A stretch of 64,000 nucleotides of DNA from Thermoplasmata archaeon (GTDB lineage Archaea; Thermoplasmatota; Thermoplasmata; Lutacidiplasmatales; UBA184), in assembly GCA_028864975.1 (NCBI GenBank), contig JAGWLG010000001.1, positions 1 through 64,000 on the forward strand. Direction: 5' to 3'. Shown piece after piece: positions 1 to 8,017 of the stretch. The notes below the pieces were generated by a model. That model searched no databases and was not told the DNA's origin. It saw only the letters and a program-made list of their open reading frames with translations. Positions within the stretch are counted from its first letter, which is position 1; each line of letters starts with the position of its first letter. Made by a program: the position numbers and the translations under genes.

Positions 1-1926
1 GACTGGAACAACACGTTCCCGGCCTGGCGCCAGGTCTCGGGGTACGTGCTGGCGTCAACGGGTGGGGTGGTCTCGGGGGCGCTGGTCTCGAACGGGTTCG
101 CTCAGGCCACCACCGACACCACCGGGTACTACTTGCTCTACGCTCCTCCCGGAAGCCTCACGCTCAAGGCCACGGCGACCGGATTCGCCACTGCCACGCG
201 CGGTGTCGTCGTCAACACGACTGATCTCTCCGACGTCAACATCACCCTCTACCCAGGGCCGTCCTACTATGTCACCGGGACGGTGATCACCGAGGTCGGG
301 GCGCTGGTGACCAACGGGCTCGTCGTCGCGGACCAGGGAACGACGTTCGTGGGGTCGAGCGGCACCAACGGCCTGGGGCAGTTCGGGATCTGGCTCCCGG
401 TGGGCGCCTACACGCTCACAGGCTCGGCTCCCTACCTCAACTCCTCCTCGATCCAGGTCTCGGTCTCTAGCAACCTGGGGAACCTGATCATTCGCCTCGC
501 GTATCCCCGGGTGACGGTCGAAGGGCTCGTCCTCTCCTACGTGGGGCATGTCCCGGTCTGGGGGGCGAACGTTGTCGGAAGCACCGTGCAGAACGGCGTC
601 GCGGTCACCTCCTCCCAGAACACGAGCACGGTGGGCCAGTTCTTCATCCACCTGCCCCAAGGGACGGGCTCGCTCACCGCGAAGGTCTATCCCTACCTTC
701 CGAACACGACGCTGCTCAAGGTCTGGCAGAAGGGAATCTTCGGGATCGTGATCTTCCTCTATCCCGATGGGTCGCGCACCACGCAGGTGGACCTCGCGGT
801 ACACATCCTGGACCCCAAGCGCACGCCCCAGGGAGTCCCGGTGGTGGCGAGCGGCAGCTCCCTTACTCTGGAGATCTGGGCGAACAACTCGCTCACGCTC
901 ACTCCGCAGCTCGGCATCTGGCTCTTCTTCAACGACCAGTACTCGGGGCAGTTCTCTTCTTACAACGTCTCCGTCAGCATGGGCGGGGCGGGAGTGCCCC
1001 CGCTCGGGGTGGCGTTCGTGAACTACACAGCTCCTTTCCTCGGGAGCGCGGTGTTCGACGACCTTGTTATCGAGGTGGGCACTCCCGGCTGGACGGGTTC
1101 CTCGCTCGCTCGGATCTATCTGACCCCGAACTTCGCGACCGCTTGTGCCACGGGACCGTGCGCGTACCCTGTCTGGGGGGTCGTCGTCTCGACCTACGGG
1201 CAGCGGCTCACCGGGGCCCAGGTGACCATCGAGGAGGGCGTGGAGACCTCCAACGGATGTGGGCCCACGACGGCGGCCACCGGGGTGTCGAACTTCAACG
1301 GCATCTACTCGGTCGTCCTCCCGAACAACACCGACATCGACCCGATCTACTATGCCTACGCCACGCTCTCGGGCTTCTACAATCCCAATCCGAGCGCCGC
1401 CTCGTGCACAACGTTCGTCGTGAACGGGACCTCGGAGGAGGTCGATCTGGTCCTGGCGCCCGTCCCGCCTACGCTCACGCCCGCGGAGTCGTCGGCCTAC
1501 CACTCTTATCGCAATCTGTTCCTCGTGGACGGCTGGGCGATCATCCCGTTCCTCGCCATGGCGATGATCCTCATCACCGCGGTGGCCGCGCGGATGGTGC
1601 GGCGACCCGAGAGCGAGGAAAAGGAGGAGCCGGCGGGGGCTCCGAAGGCTTCGGCCGAGCAGGCCATCTTTGATCAGAGCGGAGGAGGAGGGGCACCGTT
1701 GCCCCCCGGTGGTCCGCCGGACACCGGACCAGCTGCGCTCCCCCAGGCGCCCGCCCCAGAGACCCCTTGGGAGATCACCCCAGCTCCGACACCGCCTCCC
1801 CCCGACAGCAGCGGTGGCCTACCTCCCCTCCCGGACCAACCGGAAACGCCAGGGAGCTCAGGCGGTGCGGGCACGGGCTTCGAGCCCGGCTCCTCCGAAG
1901 GCGGTGGACCTCCGCCGCTCCCCTAG
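1..1926 (+). CDS. Cell-surface protein (5'-truncated) with carboxypeptidase-regulatory-like beta-sandwich repeats, C-terminal TM anchor and Pro-rich cytoplasmic tail
   Basis: Frame is open from base 1 (DWNNTFPAWRQVSGYV...). Repeated V.G.V...G..V.GA.V...T...G.Y motifs, many N-x-S/T sequons, TM WAIIPFLAMAMILITAVAA, then a PPLP-rich tail. Confidence 0.75.
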   Translation, partial: DWNNTFPAWRQVSGYVLASTGGVVSGALVSNGFAQATTDTTGYYLLYAPPGSLTLKATATGFATATRGVVVNTTDLSDVNITLYPGPSYYVTGTVITEVGALVTNGLVVADQGTTFVGSSGTNGLGQFGIWLPVGAYTLTGSAPYLNSSSIQVSVSSNLGNLIIRLAYPRVTVEGLVLSYVGHVPVWGANVVGSTVQNGVAVTSSQNTSTVGQFFIHLPQGTGSLTAKVYPYLPNTTLLKVWQKGIFGIVIFLYPDGSRTTQVDLAVHILDPKRTPQGVPVVASGSSLTLEIWANNSLTLTPQLGIWLFFNDQYSGQFSSYNVSVSMGGAGVPPLGVAFVNYTAPFLGSAVFDDLVIEVGTPGWTGSSLARIYLTPNFATACATGPCAYPVWGVVVSTYGQRLTGAQVTIEEGVETSNGCGPTTAATGVSNFNGIYSVVLPNNTDIDPIYYAYATLSGFYNPNPSAASCTTFVVNGTSEEVDLVLAPVPPTLTPAESSAYHSYRNLFLVDGWAIIPFLAMAMILITAVAARMVRRPESEEKEEPAGAPKASAEQAIFDQSGGGGAPLPPGGPPDTGPAALPQAPAPETPWEITPAPTPPPPDSSGGLPPLPDQPETPGSSGGAGTGFEPGSSEGGGPPPLP

Positions 1927-2136
1927 GTCCCCCCACCCAGCTCCTCACTCGAGGTCCCGGAGCCTCGGGGAGCGAGGTCCGGAAGCGAGCTCAAGGAGGA
2001 TGCGCCTCGACCTTGGTCGACCGATAGACGTTCTCGGATTGAACGCGCGCGTTCAGGGAAGAAGGATGACTAACCTCGAGGGACGCGAGGATTTAGGGCC
2101 TCTCGCCGCCTCGGCCGAACAGGCGCCGGGGTCGTT

Positions 2137-2144
2137 CTTATAAC
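2137..2144 (+). promoter_or_regulatory. TATA box of the nuo operon
   Basis: CTTATAAC in a GC-rich intergenic region ~50 nt upstream of the nuoA ATG. Confidence 0.6.
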
Positions 2145-2192
2145 CCCCTCCGGGTCCGACGGTAGCGGGGGAACCGGCCTCCCTGAGGGACC

Positions 2193-2570
2193 ATGGCGGG
2201 ATTGGACAGCGGAACGATCGGTTTCCTCGTCTTCCTGGGGATCGCCGTGGGGTTCGCCGTGGGGTCGATCGTCCTGAACTGGGTGTTCGGAGCACGCCGT
2301 CGCTACTCGTACCTCCAGCGCACCACATACGAGTGCGGGCAGGAGCCTGAGGGAGAGGCGCAGATCGACTTCCCGAGCGCGCACTACGTCTACGCTCTGG
2401 TCTTCGTCGCCGTGGACATCCTTGGGTTCGTCCTGGTGCTTTGGGCGGTGTCGTTCCGGGCCTTCCGAACAGCCTGGCCGACCTTCGCGGCCATCCTCGG
2501 AGGGTTCACCCTGCTGGCACTCGCGGGGATCTACTACGTCCTTCGAGGGGAGAGGTCCCTATGGGTGTGA
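2193..2570 (+). CDS. nuoA: Complex I-like oxidoreductase subunit A
   Basis: Three TM helices, [10 protein letters not shown] loop, [11 protein letters not shown] motif; first gene of the operon. Confidence 0.93.
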   Translation: MAGLDSGTIGFLVFLGIAVGFAVGSIVLNWVFGARRRYSYLQRTTYECGQEPEGEAQIDFPSAHYVYALVFVAVDILGFVLVLWAVSFRAFRTAWPTFAAILGGFTLLALAGIYYVLRGERSLWV

Positions 2571-3199
2571 GCTCCTCAGCTCCCCCCGTGCCGAGGCCGG
2601 CTGCGGGACCGAAGCCCTCGGGCTCGAACGTGAGCCCCATCGTGGCGGCCACAGCGCCGGTCCCCCCTCCGCAGGTCGAGCCCTGGGAGATCGAGGTCGT
2701 CCGGGCGAAGGAGTTCATCCCCCGGGCGAAGGAGGGCCTCTGGGCCATGATCACGCGTGAGGGGGTCGCCCCCGTCGTGAAGCCGGTGTTCAACTGGGCG
2801 GGACGGAACTCGCTCTTCCCGCTCCACTGGGGGCTCGCCTGCTGCGCGATCGAGTTCGCCGCCGCCTTCGGCTCCCGCTGGGACGGGGAGCGCTTCGGGC
2901 TCGTGCCGCGGTCTTCCCCGCGCCAGTGCGACCTGTTGATCGTGAACGGGACGGTCACGTGGAAGGTCGCCCACAAGCTCATCACGCTCTGGGAGCAGAT
3001 GCCCGAGCCAAAGTGGGTCATCGCGATGGGCAACTGCGCGACCGGGGGAGGACCCTTCCGCTCGGCCTACTCGGTCGTCCCGGGCGTGGACAAGCTCGTC
3101 CCCGTCGATGTGTACATCGCCGGTTGTCCGCCGCGCCCCGAGGCCATGTTGGACGGGGTCCTCCGACTTGAGCGCCTCATCCAAGAGCGCAAGGAGTGA
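2561..3199 (+). CDS. nuoB: Complex I-like subunit B (N2 cluster)
   Basis: [43 protein letters not shown]; ATG at 2561 overlaps the nuoA end. Confidence 0.96.
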   Translation: MGVSSSAPPVPRPAAGPKPSGSNVSPIVAATAPVPPPQVEPWEIEVVRAKEFIPRAKEGLWAMITREGVAPVVKPVFNWAGRNSLFPLHWGLACCAIEFAAAFGSRWDGERFGLVPRSSPRQCDLLIVNGTVTWKVAHKLITLWEQMPEPKWVIAMGNCATGGGPFRSAYSVVPGVDKLVPVDVYIAGCPPRPEAMLDGVLRLERLIQERKE

Positions 3200-3223
3200 G
3201 GCGCGCGGGAGGAGGTCGTTCAC

Positions 3224-3889
3224 ATGGCTGGCACGAGTAAGGAGGGATCCGCAGCGGCGTCGAAGCCTCTGCCCGCACCCAAGGTCGCCATCGGTCCCGC
3301 AAAGCCTGGCTCGCAGGCACCCGCCCCAGCGGCCTCTCGCGCCCTGGCTCCTCGCACCGACAAAGCGCGCGTCGTCGAGGTCGCCCTGCCATCGGAAGCC
3401 GAGCGGGACAAGATGGGCAAGGACCTCCTCGACCGCATGAAGGAGCACTTCCTCGGTGAGTCGCTCGAGGTGACGGAACGGGCGGGGGTCCTGGCGAGGG
3501 TGAAGTTCCCCTCCCGCTCGGTCGTGACTTTGTGCACGTGGCTACGCGACCAGGGGACCTTCGGCCACTGTGCCATGGTCGCGGCCGTCGATTGGCGGGA
3601 GACGCGCGAAGTGCTCTACACCCTCTGGTCGGACCACCTCAAGTCCTACCTCGAGCTCACCACGACGCTCCCCGCCGACGACCCCCACATCGAGTCGGTC
3701 TCGCAGGTCTGGCCGGGGGCGAGCTGGCACGAGAGGGAGGCCTGGGACCTGGTCGGGGTGCTCTTCGACCATCACCCGGACCTGCGTCGTCTCTTCCTTC
3801 CGGAGGGCTACAAGTTCCACCCGCTGCTCAAGACCTTCGAGCTTCACGAGCCGGAGGACCTGGAGGTGAAGGCCCGCACCGGTCGGTAG
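3224..3889 (+). CDS. nuoC: Complex I-like subunit C
   Basis: WHEREAWDLVGVLFDHHPDLRRLFLPEGYKFHPLLK; SD GGAGG upstream. Confidence 0.95.
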   Translation: MAGTSKEGSAAASKPLPAPKVAIGPAKPGSQAPAPAASRALAPRTDKARVVEVALPSEAERDKMGKDLLDRMKEHFLGESLEVTERAGVLARVKFPSRSVVTLCTWLRDQGTFGHCAMVAAVDWRETREVLYTLWSDHLKSYLELTTTLPADDPHIESVSQVWPGASWHEREAWDLVGVLFDHHPDLRRLFLPEGYKFHPLLKTFELHEPEDLEVKARTGR

Positions 3890-3910
3890 ACCGGACGAGG
3901 GCGTTGGACC

Positions 3911-5056
3911 ATGAGCGAGATGTGGATCAACATGGGGCCGCAGCACCCCATGACGCACGGACTGTGGAACCTGCGCGTGAAGGTGGACGGCGAGCTGGTC
4001 ATTGACGCGGTCCCCGAGATGGGTTACCTGCACCGGGGCATCGAGAAGATCTGTGAGTACCGGCGGTACAACGAGGTCGTGACGCTCATGGACCGCTGCT
4101 GCTACGTTGCGGGACTCGCCTGGGAGCAGCTCTACCTCATGGCGAGCGAGCAGGCCCTTGGGGTCGAGGTCCCCGAGCGGGCGGAGTACATCCGCGTCAT
4201 GTGCCAGGAGCTCCAGCGGCTCGCTTCCCACCTGATGTGGTACGCGGCGTTCGTGATGGACGTCGGCCTCATGGCCCCGTTCGGGTACGGGATGCGTGAC
4301 CGGGACATCATCCTCGACCTCTTCCAGTCGTTCACCGGCGCCCGGATGACCTACGAGTACATGCGCGTCGGGGGGGTCCGCAACGACCTCCCCGTCGGGT
4401 TCACGGACCGGTGCCGGAAGGTGATGGGCTGGCTCGAGCAGAGGGTCAACGACTACGAGGACCTCTGCGACCGTTCCGACATCTTCCTCAAGAGATGCAT
4501 CGACGTGGGCGTGCTCAAGGCCAAGGACTGCATCCGGGACGGGATCACGGGTCCGATGTTGCGGGCGGCCGGGGTGGCACGCGACCTCCGACGGGACCGC
4601 CCCTACTCCGTCTATCCCGAGCTCGACTTCCAGGTCGCGGTCCACGACGCGGCCGATGTCTACGGGCGCTACCGCGTTCGCATGGAGGAGATGCGCCAGT
4701 CCCTACGGATCGTCCGCCAGTGCCTGGATTGGCTCGACCACAAGCCGGGACGGGTCATCGCGGAGAAGGTCCCGCGGTTCGTCGGGACCCCTTCGCCTCC
4801 TCCGGGCATGGAATCGTACATCGTCCGCCGAGGTTACCCGAAGGGGGTGGGGTTCTCCGCGATGGAGGAGCCGCACGGCGAGGCCCTGGCCTATGTCGTC
4901 AACGAGGGCGGCGAGCAACCCTACCGGGTGAAGTTCCGCTCCCCCGTGATGGTGAACATCTCCGCCGCCCGGGACTATCTCGTGGGCTACCGGGTCTCCG
5001 ACATTCCCGCGATCATGGGTTCGGTGGACATCTGCGTCGGCGAGTCGGACCGGTGA
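3911..5056 (+). CDS. nuoD: Complex I-like subunit D
   Basis: NMGPQHPMTHGLWNL, GYLHRGIEK, C-terminal GSVDICVGESDR. Confidence 0.96.
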   Translation: MSEMWINMGPQHPMTHGLWNLRVKVDGELVIDAVPEMGYLHRGIEKICEYRRYNEVVTLMDRCCYVAGLAWEQLYLMASEQALGVEVPERAEYIRVMCQELQRLASHLMWYAAFVMDVGLMAPFGYGMRDRDIILDLFQSFTGARMTYEYMRVGGVRNDLPVGFTDRCRKVMGWLEQRVNDYEDLCDRSDIFLKRCIDVGVLKAKDCIRDGITGPMLRAAGVARDLRRDRPYSVYPELDFQVAVHDAADVYGRYRVRMEEMRQSLRIVRQCLDWLDHKPGRVIAEKVPRFVGTPSPPPGMESYIVRRGYPKGVGFSAMEEPHGEALAYVVNEGGEQPYRVKFRSPVMVNISAARDYLVGYRVSDIPAIMGSVDICVGESDR

Positions 5057-5115
5057 GGCCGAGGCGATATGATGGGCGGTCGAGGGGAGCGGTCCGGAGG
5101 TAGGAGGGGGCGTCG

Positions 5116-6234
5116 ATGAGCGCAGCTACGCTCCTGGGCGTCTCGTTCTGGCTCGCTCAGACGATGTTCTCGACCTTGCGACCGATCACCCCAGCGCCGC
5201 TCCTTCCTCTCATGGGTCCCCAGGCGCAGCTCGCGACCGGCTACCTGCTCGCCGGCACGCTGGTCTTCGCTACGGGGCTGGTCAATTCGATCATGCTGAT
5301 CTGGTGGGAGCGCAAGCTCCTGGGCCGCTTCATGGACCGGCGCGGCGCGATGCACGTCGGATACGCGGGACTGCTCCAGAACTTCGCGGACGGGCTCAAG
5401 CTCTTCCGGAAACAGCCGCTACGGCCCCGGGAGGCGGACAAGCTGGGCTACCTCCTCTCCCCCACCGCCTACCTCGCGACCTCCCTCGCGATCGTCGGGT
5501 TCCTTCCCGTCTCCACCGGGTGGGTCCCCGGCGTGGCGCCGCTCTCGCTCCTGATGGCGCTCGCGCTCTTCTCCTTCGCTCCGTTCTTCATCTTCGTCGG
5601 GGCGTGGTCCTCGAACAACAAGTACTCCCTGATCGGCGGGATGAGGACGGCGGCCCAGCTGGTCGCCTACGAGGTCCCGCTCCTCTTCGCGATCGTTTCG
5701 GTGGTGCTGCTGGCGGGCACCTTCGACCTGACCGGGATCGTCAACGCGCAGATCCACGACGGGTGGTTCGCCCTCCCGCTCGCCCTCGGACTCATCATAT
5801 TCTTCGTGGCCATGCTGGCCGAGGTCGAACGCATCCCCTTCGACCTTCCCGAGGCGGAGGCCGAGCTCGTCGAGGGCTGGAACACCGAGTACGGCGGGAT
5901 GCTCTTCGCCATGACCACCTTGGGCGACTACGTCCGCGCGCTCGTCGGAAGCTACCTCGTGGTCCTGCTCTTCCTGGGAGGGTGGTGGATGCCTGCCGGT
6001 CCCTACACGGCCGCGATCAACGGGTTCCCTCTGGCGGGGATCCTCTGGTTCCAGGTCAAGGTCTACATCGTCTTCGCCGTTTTCGTCTGGGTGCGCGCGA
6101 GCCTCCCCCGGGTCCGGACGGACCAGCTGCTCCAGATCGGATGGAAGCGCATGATCCCGCTCTCGCTTGCGAACGTGTTCCTCGCGGCGGCGTTCGTCGC
6201 CGAGGGGTGGCCTCCGTTCCCGAAGCTGCTCTAA
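5116..6234 (+). CDS. nuoH: Complex I-like subunit H
   Basis: ERKLLGRFMDRRG, GLLQNFADGLKL, AEVERIPFDLPEAEAELVEG, RVRTDQL. Confidence 0.96.
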   Translation: MSAATLLGVSFWLAQTMFSTLRPITPAPLLPLMGPQAQLATGYLLAGTLVFATGLVNSIMLIWWERKLLGRFMDRRGAMHVGYAGLLQNFADGLKLFRKQPLRPREADKLGYLLSPTAYLATSLAIVGFLPVSTGWVPGVAPLSLLMALALFSFAPFFIFVGAWSSNNKYSLIGGMRTAAQLVAYEVPLLFAIVSVVLLAGTFDLTGIVNAQIHDGWFALPLALGLIIFFVAMLAEVERIPFDLPEAEAELVEGWNTEYGGMLFAMTTLGDYVRALVGSYLVVLLFLGGWWMPAGPYTAAINGFPLAGILWFQVKVYIVFAVFVWVRASLPRVRTDQLLQIGWKRMIPLSLANVFLAAAFVAEGWPPFPKLL

Positions 6235-6268
6235 GCGTACGAAGGACGGAGAAGGAGAAGGAAGAACG

Positions 6269-7120
6269 ATGTCGACCCCTGCGAGCCCACCGATCCCTTC
6301 GCGACACCCCGCGGCGGAGGAGATCAAGTTCACGTTGCCGCCGCCCGAGCCGACGGGGGTGGCCTCGCTGGTCGTCCACCCTCTCGCCCGCGCCGGACGG
6401 CAGTTCATGAAGAGCCTGTGGAGGCCTTCGACCATCGTCTACCCCTTCAAGACGCCCTTCGGGAAGACCGAAGAACGCCTCGAGAACCCCGAGTTCCGCA
6501 AGGAGGTGGACATCCGCTCGGGAGTCCCGCTGGGCGTGGGGGAGGTCTGGGACAATTACCGCGGGGTCCACGCGCTCAACGTCCAGACCTGCATCTCGTG
6601 CAACCTGTGCATGTTCTCCTGCCCGGACACCTGCATCGAGATGGTCACGACGGAGACCCCCGACGGGAAAACGAAGAAGTGCCCGCAGATCGACTACGGC
6701 AAGTGTTCCTTCTGCGGGTTCTGCTCCGACGCCTGTCCTGAGGGGTGCCTGTCGATGACCTCGCGCTACACGCTCACGACGAACGACCGCGGGCACATGG
6801 TCTACAGCCCGAAGATGATGTACGCGATCTATCGGACGAAGCTCCCGATGAACCCGATCCGCCTCGCTCGGCCGGAGAACGAGGACAACATCCTGCTGGA
6901 CGAGGACCTCTGCATCGGTTGCAACGCCTGCGCGCGCGACTGTCCGACCAAGTGCATCACGATGATCGATATCCCAAAGCCTTCGGCCCCCAAGCCTGGG
7001 GAGAAGCTCCCCAAGCGCATCTGGAAGGAGCCCATGGTGAACGACGAGGACTGCGTTCGTTGCGGGACGTGCATCTCGGTCTGCCCCAAGGAGTGCCTCT
7101 ACTGGGGGTCCCACGGTTGA
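6269..7120 (+). CDS. nuoI: Complex I-like subunit I, extended with a second 2x[4Fe-4S] ferredoxin domain
   Basis: Operon position; YRGVH..CISCNLCMFSCP, CSFCGFCSDACP, plus CIGCNACARDCP and CVRCGTCISVCP; ATG at 6269 (283 aa). Confidence 0.92.
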   Translation: MSTPASPPIPSRHPAAEEIKFTLPPPEPTGVASLVVHPLARAGRQFMKSLWRPSTIVYPFKTPFGKTEERLENPEFRKEVDIRSGVPLGVGEVWDNYRGVHALNVQTCISCNLCMFSCPDTCIEMVTTETPDGKTKKCPQIDYGKCSFCGFCSDACPEGCLSMTSRYTLTTNDRGHMVYSPKMMYAIYRTKLPMNPIRLARPENEDNILLDEDLCIGCNACARDCPTKCITMIDIPKPSAPKPGEKLPKRIWKEPMVNDEDCVRCGTCISVCPKECLYWGSHG

Positions 7121-7674
7121 CGTTGGATCCCGCGACAGTCGCCTTCGTCCTCGTTGGGGTCGCCGCCTTCGCCTCCGGGGCGATCGCGCTCCTCTCGCGG
7201 GAGATCGTCCACACGGTGATCTTCATCGGAGGGTTCTTCGCCGGGCTCGCCGTTGTGTACTTCCTGCTCTCCGCACCGTTCCTGGGGCTCCTCCAGCTCG
7301 CGGTCTACGCCGGGGCAGTCACGATCCTCCTGATGTTCGCGGTGATGGTGGTCAAGCGCCGCATCTTCGCGCGGGAGGCCGTCCTCGGCGTTCGGGTCCC
7401 CACGCTGGTAATCACGGTCCTCGTCGGGTTCGTCCTGCTCGACGTGGCCCACATGCTGACGACGCCCGCAGCACCGTACCCGTACACGAGCCCTGGGGTG
7501 ATGTGTGGGGGTGGCGACCCCTACTGCGTGACCTCGCTGGGACAGAACCTCTTCCTGCAGAACGGCGCCTGGCTCGACCTGTTGGGGCTCATCATGCTCT
7601 CTTCCCTCGCAGGCGCGGTCCACCTGGCGCGCGAGTGGAGGACCCCCTCGGTGCGCCGGATACGGGAGGACTAG
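7117..7674 (+). CDS. nuoJ: Complex I-like subunit J
   Basis: TTG start overlapping the nuoI stop (TTGA); LQLAVYAGAVTILLMFAVM motif; five TM helices. Confidence 0.92.
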   Translation: MTLDPATVAFVLVGVAAFASGAIALLSREIVHTVIFIGGFFAGLAVVYFLLSAPFLGLLQLAVYAGAVTILLMFAVMVVKRRIFAREAVLGVRVPTLVITVLVGFVLLDVAHMLTTPAAPYPYTSPGVMCGGGDPYCVTSLGQNLFLQNGAWLDLLGLIMLSSLAGAVHLAREWRTPSVRRIRED

Positions 7675-7681
7675 GCGGCCC

Positions 7682-8002
7682 ATGGCGATCCCGCTCGACG
7701 GCCTTCTTTCCCTCTCGGGGGCGCTCTTCGCGCTCGGGCTCTTCGGCGTCCTCACCCGGCGCAACTTCATCCTGATCCTGATCTCGGTGGAGGTGATCGC
7801 GAACGCGGCGATCCTGAACTTCATCGCGTTCTCCTTCTACCCGCCCAGCGGCGCGGTCTCAGGGATCTCGGGCCAGAGCATCGCGGTCATCCTGATCGGG
7901 CTGGCCGCCACGGAAGTGGCCGTGGGGCTCGCGATCGTCCTCGCCCTGAACCGTCTTCGTGGCACGCTGAACGTCGCCGAAGCGATCCAGCTCAAGCTCT
8001 AG
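7682..8002 (+). CDS. nuoK: Complex I-like subunit K
   Basis: RRNFILILISVEVIANAA, AATEVAVGLAIV. Confidence 0.95.
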   Translation: MAIPLDGLLSLSGALFALGLFGVLTRRNFILILISVEVIANAAILNFIAFSFYPPSGAVSGISGQSIAVILIGLAATEVAVGLAIVLALNRLRGTLNVAEAIQLKL

Positions 8003-8017
8003 AGGGAGGGGAGGAGA

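Noticed and set aside
3911-5056. NuoD as a NiFe hydrogenase large subunit
   Set aside because: Neither CxxC ligand motif is complete, and no maturation genes are present in the window.
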